Below, piece after piece: positions 12,575-22,956 of a stretch of DNA of 64,000 bases. Source of the DNA: Psammoneis japonica (taxonomy: Eukaryota). Positions within the stretch are counted from its first letter, which is position 1, and each line of letters starts with the position of its first letter. The position numbers and the translations under genes were made by a program. The stretch covers positions 62,001-126,000 of the forward strand of contig QPGO01000003.1 in NCBI GenBank assembly GCA_008632985.1, written 5' to 3'. The notes beneath the pieces were generated by a model. It was given only the letters and a program-made list of their open reading frames with translations, did not search any database and was not told the DNA's origin.

Positions 12575-13908
12575 CTAGTACAACGTGCATGTACAAATGG
12601 CGGCTGCAGCTTTTCTCTTACAAGTATGCGACACTGCCCCGGAGCAGCTCTCATTCACCACTTTTTCGGCGGAAAGGCATGCACCACCACGCTTTGTGCA
12701 GTAGCTTTCGCATTTTCCGCCGCCCAAGTCGGCATAAAAGGTACACCCAGAATTGTCCGCGCTACACATGCTAGTTCGACGGCTTCCATACTTCTTTGAG
12801 CATAAATCATTTATTGTTGTAGAAACACTCTTTGGCGGAGGTGGCTTCTTGAACGTAGTCGCGTTCGATGTCGGTGATGGAATTGTGTTGGATGTCGACG
12901 GCGTGGGCTGCTCGGTTTGCACAATCTTGGGTGGAGGTGGCTTCTTGAACGAAGTCACCTTTGGAGTCGGTGAAGGAGTTGGGTTTTCCATTGATAAAGT
13001 CACTGGGCTCGTTGTGGGCGCGGAGGTAAGCACAAGCACTGGTTCTTCGCTCGTCGCTCCGTTGTGAGCGGTGAATTGAAAGCTCGGATCACTTGAGGAT
13101 GTCACCACTCCATTGACTTCTTTCGAAAACATCGTTGATGAGAACATTATCTCTTCGCAATCAAATGAAATAACTTGTGTGAGATACTCGTTCATCCATG
13201 TTTCAAAGCTGGGTTCGAGTGAACCGTCGTTTGGGGCAGACTCCAAGGCTCGTCTTGCGTCCTTGTCGTCGTTGAGACACAAGTCACAGGTAGCCTTGAT
13301 GTTGAGGCTGAACTTGCGTCTTTTCCTTCGTGTCCCTTTCTTCCTCCGTCTTTTTCCTTGAGGGCCAATAGAGTTAAACGCCGCTTGGACTAGAGCTTCC
13401 GCAACCTCGTCGACGGGGTGATCTTCCAACGGAACCTTCTGCTTGGTAACAAGTTCATCACCTTCAAACACGCGCAATCTTGCGGCATCATGGTTTACTA
13501 CGGTCATGGAGATTTTTTCCTCGTCTTGGTGAAATAATATTCTGCTTATCGCCCACTCGATGCCGTGGTGCAACTGCCTGACTTTGGTTTCGTTGTTTTT
13601 CACATGTTGAGCGTATTGAGCATAATACTTCTGGGCAAAGTTGTTCATGTTTGATGCCATTGACTTTTGAATGCACACGACAACTCCATCGGACGGCCCA
13701 TTGTCGTTGTCATCCGGCCCTCCTTCGGCCACATCTTCCTCCATATCAATCATGTAACGGTACGTCACGTCATCGGAGGCTTGTTCAAGATCCCGTTGCG
13801 CTGACTTCAGTGGATCGCCTCGTAAAGAAGCATTGGCATTCCCACAAAAGCAGGCTGCTAGCATTGATGTTGACCGCAGAATGCTAGTGAGAGAGATTCC
13901 CATGGTCA
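12575..13908 (-). CDS. Secreted protein with polybasic tract, Pro/Thr-rich linker and C-terminal 10-Cys module (paralog A)
   Basis: Signal peptide, SLRG and RDL motifs, KRRRKKGTRRKRRK, and FKKPPPPK repeats. Collinear with 14576-15916. Confidence 0.85.
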
Positions 13909-14575
13909 TGCAATCAGTTCGTTGTTTTTTCTCAACATTCGAGCGAGGAGGGATCACAAAGAGATTTGATTATTGCCCCCTTTGTGACCAGTTTCATCTC
14001 CCACTATGACTTTTTAAAATGCACACTAATGTTCCTCGTGTACTTTCGACATTCTGCGAATAATGACTTTCATTTTTTTCTCTACTGTCTTGGTCTGGCT
14101 TGGTCGTAGAAATGTCGTAAAAATAGACACGACGATCGACGGTTCCTTTTGATAGACTCGTCATTTAAGCCCTCCAGTTGTGGCAGGCACTGCAGCGCGC
14201 AGTGGACTTCAGCTCAATGATGGGGATTACCAATGCCAGTGGTAGGCTAGAGTATGCACGACCATCATGTGAAGTTTGTCAATCCATCCTCTTGGGAGAA
14301 AAAAGGAAGAAAGACTACCGTAGACTACTAATGGAGCTTCAATGAAAATGTTCCCCTTGAAAACACAGTGCCAAACGACACAAGAAAACCGTCCCGTTTT
14401 CTGAACGCAAACCGAAATCTCACGAGTCGTCGCCAACAGAAATTATGCTAACTGCTACCTGTCTAGTGCAAACCGCTTGTGGTCACCCCCACAAATCGAC
14501 ACCCTGAATAATGAAAGTATGCGTTTATAGAGTAAAATAGGTTAGCAGAAGGCAGGAGCATTATTTTGTACCAAA

Positions 14576-15916
14576 CTATAACGTGCAGGTACAAATGGCG
14601 GCGGCAGCTTTTCTTTTACAACCGTGTGACCCTCCACTGGAGCAGCTCTCATTCACCACTTTTTCTGCTGAAATGCATGTCCCACCTCGTTTTGTGCAGT
14701 AGCTTTCGCATTTTCCGCCGCGCAAGTCGACATAAAAGGTACACTCAGAATTGTTCGCGCTGCACATGTTCGTGCGACGGCTTCCATACTTCATTGCACA
14801 GCCAATATTCATTGTGGTGGAAAAATGCTTTGGTGGAGGGGGCTTCTTGAACGTAGTCATGTTCGATGCGGGTGATGGAGTTGGATTGACTGTTGATAGA
14901 AGCAGTGAGGTCGTGGGTTGAGAGGTTGGCGATCTTTTAGGCGGAGGCGGCTTCTTGAACACCGCCACGCTTTGTGTAGGCGACGGAGTTGATTTGTCTG
15001 CTGCTGGATGACTTGGGCTTGGTGTGGGTTGGGAGGCTATTAATAGGAAAGGTTCTTCGCTTGGGCCTCCTAAAGGGGAATTGAATTGAAATGTCGCGTC
15101 ACTTGAAGACGTCACAACTCCGTTCACTTCTTTGGAAAACGTCGTTTCTGTAAACATTATCTCCTCGCAATCTAACGATATCACTTGTGAGAGAAACTCA
15201 TTCATCCAGGTTTCAAAGCTAGGCTCGAGTGAGCCGTCTTCAGGGGCATCCTCAATGGCTCGCCTTGCGTCCTTGTCGTCATTGAGGCATAGGCTGCAGG
15301 CAGCCTTGATATTGAGACTGAACTTGCGTCTTCTCCTTCGCGTCCCTTTCTTTCTCCGTTTTTTTCTTTGAGGACCGACTGAATTTCCTGGAGAGGTAAA
15401 TGCCGCTTGGACTAAAGCTTCCGCAATCTCATCTACAGGCCGGTCTTCTAATGAAACCTTCTCCTTAGCAACGAGTTCGTCGCCATCAAAAACCCTCAAT
15501 CTTGCGGCATCGTTGTCTACTACGGTCATAGAGATCTTTTCCTGGTCATAATTGAATAGTATTCTGTTTATCACCCACTCTGTGTCTTGGTGCAATCGCC
15601 TTCCACTGGCTTCTTTGTGATCGAAATTTTGTGCGTATTGAGCATAGTACCTTTGAGCAAAGTTGTTCATATTCGATGCCATTGACTTTTGAATACATAT
15701 GACAACTCCATCCGATGGCCCATTGTCATTGTCATCGGGCCCTCCCTTATCCACATCTTCCTGCATGTCAATCATGAAACGGTACATCACATCGTCGGAT
15801 GCTGCTTCCAGATCCCTTTGCGCATTCAGGAGAACGCCGCGTAAAGAAGCGCTAGCTATCCCACAAGCTGCTAGTAATGATGTTGCCCGAAGGGTGTTGA
15901 TAAGAGAGATTCCCAT
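14576..15916 (-). CDS. Secreted protein, tandem paralog B of 12575-13908
   Basis: Same architecture, with long identical peptides (GGPDDNDNGPSDGVV, DGSLEPSFETWMNE, GGKCESYCTKRGG). Confidence 0.87.
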   Translation of the reverse strand: MGISLINTLRATSLLAACGIASASLRGVLLNAQRDLEAASDDVMYRFMIDMQEDVDKGGPDDNDNGPSDGVVICIQKSMASNMNNFAQRYYAQYAQNFDHKEASGRRLHQDTEWVINRILFNYDQEKISMTVVDNDAARLRVFDGDELVAKEKVSLEDRPVDEIAEALVQAAFTSPGNSVGPQRKKRRKKGTRRRRRKFSLNIKAACSLCLNDDKDARRAIEDAPEDGSLEPSFETWMNEFLSQVISLDCEEIMFTETTFSKEVNGVVTSSSDATFQFNSPLGGPSEEPFLLIASQPTPSPSHPAADKSTPSPTQSVAVFKKPPPPKRSPTSQPTTSLLLSTVNPTPSPASNMTTFKKPPPPKHFSTTMNIGCAMKYGSRRTNMCSANNSECTFYVDLRGGKCESYCTKRGGTCISAEKVVNESCSSGGSHGCKRKAAAAICTCTL

Positions 15917-16019
15917 GGTCGTTCAATCAGCCTTGTCCTTTTTATTAGTTCATAATCGTGAAAGGGCTTTTTGTGCACAGTCAACACAGTCGATGGGTGG
16001 TTTTGGCAAGGGCATATTT

Positions 16020-16036
16020 GTGTGTGTGTGTGTGTG
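16020..16036. repeat. (TG)n microsatellite
   Basis: gtgtgtgtgtgtgtgtg seen directly. Confidence 0.8.
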
Positions 16037-16165
16037 CACAGGGCTAAGTGTCTAATTTACGACTACCGGTACAAGCATGGACGAGCCACAGGTCTGTCTC
16101 ACAATCCAAAGATCAGAGATTTCGCATGATGACTCGTACATAAGACAAAAAAAAGTGCCAGTTAA

Positions 16166-16559
16166 GGGGGGTCATCCCCGCGTTTATCCTAAAATTACCG
16201 TTGCATTTGAATAAGGTTTTTTATAGTGTTTATTTTTGAATACAAGAATTATTCATAGTCACACCCGATCGCGCACGAAAACGAGAACCATCACCACCGC
16301 GACCGAAGCACGACGATGATGACAATCATCGACATTTCTCAAAAACGTAGTTTGCCGTCTACCAACTTTTCATGTATATACAATCTTTGATACATAACAA
16401 ACATAAAATAAATGAGAGTTGGTAGACAGACCACCTCCGTCACAGACTTATGGCTTGTTGTTTTCACCACGGTGAAGCACGGTGAAATTCAGGAAAAATC
16501 ATGCAAAACACGAGCTGTTCGGCCGAATTCGAGCTAAAAAAAGTGGCAACCGACCACCC
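16166..16559. mobile_element. Putative non-autonomous DNA transposon (MITE) with TTAA flanks (Kolobok-like termini)
   Basis: TTAA-GGGGGGTC ... GACCACCC-TTAA. Internal inverted repeat gtctaccaact / agttggtagac at ~16357-16427. No coding capacity. Confidence 0.5.
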
Positions 16560-16571
16560 TTAAAAGGAAAG

Positions 16572-16738
16572 TGCAGCAACTCACTTGCACGCTTCTGATG
16601 TACAGCATCAATGGTTTTGGACATTAGATTAACGTAGCCGTTTGAGAGAGGCTCGCCAGCGTTCGCCAACGCTTGGGCTCCCCTCTCTTCGGTCCACTCA
16701 CTTCTTTGTTTTGACATCAGTTTCAGCTTGAGCTTGCA
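16572..16738 (+). repeat. 5' LTR (167 bp)
   Basis: TG...CA termini. Direct repeat of 21854-22017. Confidence 0.95.
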
Positions 16739-16949
16739 CTGCAATTGCAGTCGGTTGCAAAGAGCTGAATGAGAAACAACGATGCAACTAATGGGCTTGC
16801 GAAACAAGAGAAAAGAACATTGAGAGCGAAGGCAGCGAACTGGGCTTTGGAACAAAAACGGCAAAAGGAGACACGAAAACAATGCGAACAGGATTTGGCG
16901 ATTCGGGTTGCACAGCTCGAGTCGAAGGTAGAGTGCTTGAAGCAGTTTC

Positions 16950-18188
16950 TTGGAGGACCAACTTGGCCTGATGAGCAATCGCGAGAGCCTCAAAGAACCG
17001 TGCATTTTGCATGCTGTGAAATTTGCTCACTCGGATTTGGAACTTGTGAAGTTGACTCAATCGCATGATGATGGCAGCACGCGTACGAAGAAGTGCCCTT
17101 GTTTTGATGGAACTGATGGCATTGAAGCACTGTTGTTCGTGGAAGATCGTTTTCGCAAACTGGCTGCAAAACTTGAACTCACTGCAGGCGAAGAACTGTT
17201 TGACAATTTCGAGGAAGTGTTGGCAGATGCCGCTGAAGATGAATGGTCCAATCTCACCATGGCAATTCCGAATGTGCAGAAGACGGTGGCTCGTTTTGAC
17301 CAAGAATTGGCTCGTTTTTATTTGTCACATTGTGAAACTGAAGCGCGTGACACGATGATTGAATGCTTGCTCTCTCTTAAAAAGCCACATGATGTTGAAG
17401 TGCAGGCACACGCGGATCGAATGGAGACCTCAGTGCGACACATGAACAAGTTGCCGGGAAATGATCCAGTTGTCACTCAGAACCAGAAGAAGAAGATGAT
17501 CTTTGATGGCTTCCCTTTGTCGTGGCACGAGATGCACACAAGAGCAGGACGCACGATTGGAAATGATGCGTTGGCGGAAATTGTCGCGCATGTGAGCACG
17601 GAGAAATCATTTGCAGACAGGAACAAGAAGACTTCGAAGAAGCGCAAAGACGGAGAGTCGAAAGGTGGCGGCTCTGCCAAGAAGAAAGGCAATCGCATTG
17701 ACCCAGAATCTCAATGTCCTTTGCATGCTCACAACCACAAGTGGAAAGATTGCGTCATGAATCCCGACTCCAACAACTGCCGTCCAAGAACTGATCGCGG
17801 AGGTCGCGGACATGGTGGCCGTGGCGGTCGAGGTGGCGGTCGAGGTGGAGGTCGTGGTCATGGCGGAGCGCAAGGTCGTGGTTGGCAAGGCCGTGGCCAT
17901 CAAGGTCATGGTGGTGGCCAAGGAAACTGCGGTGGTCGCGGAAACTGCAACTCTGGCGGCAACAGCGGCGAGCATCATGATGATGGTGGCTCTCACATGC
18001 AATGTCAAAACGACACCCGAACCAATGCAGATGGCGGCGGTTGCGGCAATCCGGCCAGAACGGCTCCTCCCAATGATTGGTCTGCTGAAAGCCATCATCT
18101 TGATTCGACAGGAGGGCCTCGAGAGCATCGAGGTGGAACGGGAAGTTTTCGACCTGGTGGTCGCTTCTCGGGACGCGGTCGACACTGA
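16950..18188 (+). pseudogene. Gypsy gag (mutated)
   Basis: Open 412-aa frame with zinc knuckle CPLHAHNHKWKDC and an RGG-rich tail. Only one Tyr. Confidence 0.85.
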
Positions 18189-18239
18189 CCCAATGAGCTT
18201 GAAGAGCTGTCGTCCGAGTGTGTCGCTCCTGATTCTTGT

Positions 18240-21200
18240 GTGTTTGATGATTGCACTGATTGCATTGATGATTGTCATGCATGTGCTGCTGATTCATTTG
18301 ATGATGACGATTTCGGAAATTGCACCATGAATGACGAAGACGATGTGGGACTTGAGTGCACTGTGCCAACTCCAAAAACAAAACCAATTGAACCATTGAA
18401 CATGGTCCCTGCAACCTTGTTCGCGGCGCGATTCATTCAAGACAAGGAAAGCAAGCGTGTGATGCGGGTGTCATTTGATTCCGGTGGAACCCATTCAATG
18501 ATTCATGCTCGGGTGTTGCGGTTGGAGCGGTTCCAGCATTGGAAGAGACAGGACCGATTCGTGCAAAGTTCAGGACAACAGCAGGAGAATTCGAATCAAC
18601 TCGTCATGCTCGACTGCAGGACTTGGTGCTCCCTGAAATCGACAAGACCAAACATGTTGACGGCATGCATGCGTGTGTGTTTGACTCACCCTGCCAATGT
18701 GACATGATCCTTGGACAGGACTTCTTGGCGAGAGCGGGCATCACATTGGATTTCGAACACGGAATTGTCAAGTGGCTTGGTTCAAGCATTGCGATGAAGC
18801 CGAGGAATCAGCGGACCAGTGTCCAGCAATGGCTCGATGATTTGACTGATGAGCCAGCTGATGATGATGACGTGTGGGATGGCTGCATCCTCGATGCAAA
18901 GCATGAGGAGACGTCCCCTTCTGAAGCGGCTTCAGCTCAGAAGCATCTCACTGCCGAAACAGCAAGAGAAATTGCGTCTCGTGTTGGAGAAACACACCAC
19001 TCTTTTTGATGGCACCCTTGGCAAGCATGCTGGCGAAAAAGTTCACCTTGACATTGACCCTAACGCCGTTCCGCACCATTCTCGAGCGCATGCAGTGCCG
19101 CACAATGATCTCGAGACTTTTGAGCGAGAATTGGATCACTTGGTGGCTCTTGGCGTTCTTGAAGAAGCCGGAACTTCGGAATGGGCTGCAGGTGCCTTTA
19201 TTCAGCCAAAGAAAGATGGTCGAGTGCGGCGGCTCAGCGATTTTCGGGAACTCAACAAAGCCCTCAAGCGCAAGGTTTGTCCCTTGCCGATCATCCAAGA
19301 TGTGTTGCAAAAGAGAGCCGGGTGCAAATTTCTTACAAAGTTGGATCTCTCAATGATGTGCCACACGTTTGAACTGGACGACGATTCCAAAGATCTGACG
19401 ACAATCGTGACACCCTTTGGAAAGTGTCGACACTGCCGTCCAGCAATGGGTTTGAAGCCGGCTCCGGATGTTGTGCAATGCTTGATTGAGAAAACTGTGC
19501 ATGACTTGGACGTTGACGCGTGTGTTGATGATCTCGCTCAATTTGATGACAATTTTGATGTTCACCTTGCTCGTCTCGACAAACTCCTGCAACGTTTGGA
19601 AGAAGCTGGATTTAAAGTGAATCCTTTGAAATGTGAATGGTGTGTGCAGGAAATGGATTTCCTTGGGCATTGGCCAACTCCGACTGGAATTCATCCGTGG
19701 AAGAAGAAAGTGGAAGCCATTCTGCGAATGCAACCTCCGGAAAATGTCAAACAGCTTCGTTCGTTTCTTGGTGCTGTGACATGCTGTCGCAACATGTGGC
19801 CTCGGCGTTCTCACTTGTTGAAACCCTTGACAGATCTCACAGGCAAAGGCTCGTGGACGTGGACAGCAGATTGTCAGGCAGCGTTCGAAGAGATGAAAGC
19901 AGTGCCAATGGCCGAGACGTTGATGGCGCATCCGAATCATGACAAACCCTTCCATGTCTGTGCCGATGCCAGTGATTGCCAAACAGGCACAGTGATTGCA
20001 CAAGACGGAAAACCCATTGCATGCTGGTCTCGAAAGCTGAGCACGGCGCAACAAAACCACTCAACGATCGAAAAAGAACTCTTGGCCATTGTCATGTGCT
20101 TCCGCAAATTCCGAACGATGCTCCTTGGCGGCGACTTGCATGTGTTCACCGGACCACAAGAACCTTGCCTTTCGCACCTTGAATTCACAACGTGCACTCC
20201 GTTGGCGCCTCTTTCTGGAAGACTTTGCCCCTCAATTCCATTGTGTCAAAGGCCGCTTGAATGTCTTGGCTGATTGTTTTTCTGTTTGCCTTGCACGGAT
20301 CCTCCCTCTGAAGGGAAGAGCTTGGCTCCGGGTGAAGGAACTGTTGTTGATTTTGCTCGCTCGATTCGAAGTTGGTCCCGAGTGAGGAACCATCCGAAGT
20401 CGAGGATTTCCGCGATGAGGACTTGGAGCTCGGCGCATGCCGATTCAAGTGTTGTCGCAACATTGAAAATGAAGGCCACTCACACTTCTTCTCTTTCTTT
20501 GTTGATGAGCTGGAACTGTTCGACTCCTTTTTGAATCACCCTGCGATGCAGGAGATGCAAAATCCAATGACGTTACAACGGATTCAAGAGTGCCAGTTCG
20601 AGGACCAACAATTGAACCAGATGCGCATTGCTCACCCTGATCATTTCCTCGTGGAATGTGTGAACAATCGACCGCTTGTGTGTCATCGCATGCGACCAAA
20701 TGATCCTCCAGGACAGTGGAAAATCTGTTTGCCGACTGCGCTCATGCCCAACATTTTATGATGGTGTCATCTCGTCCTTGGCCATGCCGGAAGCCAGCGC
20801 ATGCGTGAAACAATCCAGGCTCATTGTTGTCACCCTGGGTTGCGTCGCATGTGTGATGAACATTCTTGCGCTGATTGCCAATGCAACAAAACTTGGGGTC
20901 CTGGCTGTGGAGAGCTGCCCGAACAAGAAGCTCCATTGACTCCCTGGTCGGAAGTGGCGGTTGACCTCATTGGCCCGTGGAAAATCAAAGCACCAAATGG
21001 AGAGATTGAGTTTCGGGCGTTGACCTGCATTGATCCTGTCTCTGATCTTGTTGAACTGGCGAGAATTGAGAACAAAACTGCTTGACATGTTGCCAACCAA
21101 TTCGAGAACTGCTGGCTTGCACGCCATCCCAGACCGAATCGATGCATCCACAATGACGGCGGCGAGTTCACCGGGTGTGAGTTTCAGATGCTGTTGCAAC

Positions 21201-21730
21201 AAGCCGGAATTGATGATGTGCCGACTGCTTCACACAACCCTCAAGCCAACGCTGTTTGTGGGCGAATGCACCAGACTGTCGGCAATGTGCTGTGCACGCT
21301 CATTGCTTCCAATCCACCTCAAAACCTTCAGGATGCAGCCAGCCTCGTGGACGATGCTTTGGCAACTGCAATGCATGCAACCCGCTGTGCTGTTTCCCGT
21401 TCCTTGCAGATTTCACCAGGTGCCATGGTGTTCGGACGTGACATGATCTTGGATGTCCCAGTGCTGGCGGATTTGTTGATGATTCAAGGCCATCGCCAGA
21501 TGCTGATCAACAACAACTTGCGACGAGCTGATGCCAAGAGAAGATCCTGCGATTGTCAAGTGGGTGATCAAGTTCCAATCAAGCACGTTGAGCCATCCAG
21601 ACTCGAGCCTCGTGCTCATGGTCCTCATCCCATTGTTCAAGTGCGTGCAAATGGCACAGCCTCAGTTCGTCAAGCTCCTCATGTGGTTGAGCGCCTCAAC
21701 ACTTGGCGCCTGATTCCTTTTCGTGGTTGA
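18240..21730 (+). pseudogene. Gypsy pol (protease, RT, RNase H, integrase) with frameshifts, TGA stops and Tyr>Cys/His changes
   Basis: PR: RVSFDSGG...[49 protein letters not shown]...CADC, VAVDLIGPW, HNPQANA. Confidence 0.95.
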
Positions 21731-21853
21731 TCAGGGGGTTTTCTTCCCAACACCTGGGTTTCCTCCTGTTGTTGTCTTTGCTTTTGGTTTTGGTCCTTGG
21801 TTTTTGGCCCTTTGCATGATCCTCCAGTTCTTTCGGATCATGGAAGGGAAGAG

Positions 21854-22017
21854 TGCAGCAACTCACTCACGTGCTTCTGACACATGGCATCAATTTTGGA
21901 CACCAGATTGACGCAGCCGTTTGAGAGAGGCTCGCCAACGTTCGCCAACGCTTGGGCTCCCCTCTCTTCGGTCCACTCACTTCTTTGTTTTGACATCAGT
22001 TTCAGCTTGAGCTTGCA
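21854..22017 (+). repeat. 3' LTR (164 bp)
   Basis: Follows the polypurine tract and is followed by the GAAAG target-site duplication. Confidence 0.95.
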
Positions 22018-22266
22018 GAAAGAAGAGAGTCATCTGTGTTCTGAATTCCACACATGTTGAACATGGAGATTCTTTGTCGCATCCACCGCCTGCAACAGCG
22101 CTGCGCTCCCATGATTTCGTTCCTGCACTTTTGATTGAGCCCACATGTGCCCTGCTGTCGCCATGTTGCAAGCTTGAGAGACTTTTCATTTTTGAGCCCT
22201 TGGCATGCTGCACATGACCTTCGCATGTTACGACGCATTGCGTGCCACATCACAACGCGTAGACTA

Positions 22267-22597
22267 CCCTGATTGTCATAGAAAGTCTGTGCCGAAAAAT
22301 AAAATCTGTAAGAATTTTTTAGGGGCCGAATGAAATCTGTAAGTTTTTAGAACCGAAAATCTGGAATCTGTGCAACGTCTGTCTTCCCCCCTCTTTAGTA
22401 CAAATGTACGCAGGGTGTACACAGACCGCGCCGGGCCTACTTTTAACGCGCCGGGCCTGCAGAAGGGTTCTTCTAAGATCGCAGAATTAGCCGAGTTCCA
22501 GCAAAAATCAACCCCAGTTTTCGCCGAATCATTAAAAATTTGTGCTTTTTGAAAATCTGCAACTGTTTCTGCGGACCCCTTGAAAATCTAATCAGGG
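22267..22597. mobile_element. Putative MITE with TA target duplication (Tc1/mariner-like ends)
   Basis: TA-CCCTGATT ... AATCAGGG-TA perfect short terminal inverted repeat. Internal repeated AAATCTG motif and duplicated cgcgccgggcct. Confidence 0.55.
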
Positions 22598-22956
22598 TAC
22601 CGTAGAGAACGAAGACCATGTCCGTGACTCAATTATTTTGAGTGCTTTTGTGTTTGTACCGTACTTTATCCTCGTACAGTACCCACGATACTATTTTAGC
22701 CCTTTTTTGGTCACAGACATCTATGACTCTTTCGTACAAAAATGACTTATGAGATCCATACGACCACGACATTTAGGCCCCACAGAATGCCCAAGGATGA
22801 TGCTCAATGCCGCCGAGGTCCGTCAGAGACGCGAATGGTCGAATGGTCTTTAATTTTCTGCGTCGAAAAACAGAAAACACCACTGGGGACATCATTCACC
22901 TCCTACTGTGTCAAGCGAATAGAGAAGATCTTGATATCCTTCCTATTCATTCAACG

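Larger units (their letters stand above)
16572..22017 (+). mobile_element. Full-length Ty3/Gypsy LTR retrotransposon, inactivated by TpA hypermutation
   Basis: Direct LTRs at 16572-16738 and 21854-22017. 5-bp target-site duplication GAAAG (16567-16571, 22018-22022). Polypurine tract GGAAGGGAAGAG before the 3' LTR. Domain order gag-PR-RT-RH-IN. Confidence 0.97.

Noticed and set aside
18100..18330. Programmed gag-pol frameshift
   Set aside because: gag and pol are in different frames, but hypermutation and probable indel errors prevent identifying a slippery site.
16950..21730. Alternative genetic code or codon bias explaining the absence of Tyr
   Set aside because: Host genes use TAY normally. 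The loss affects TpA in all frames and in non-coding LTRs, and Tyr is replaced by two different residues.
16572..22017. Classical fungal RIP or CpG deamination as the cause
   Set aside because: Those are C>T changes that lower GC, and RIP creates TpA. Here TpA is destroyed while CpG persists.
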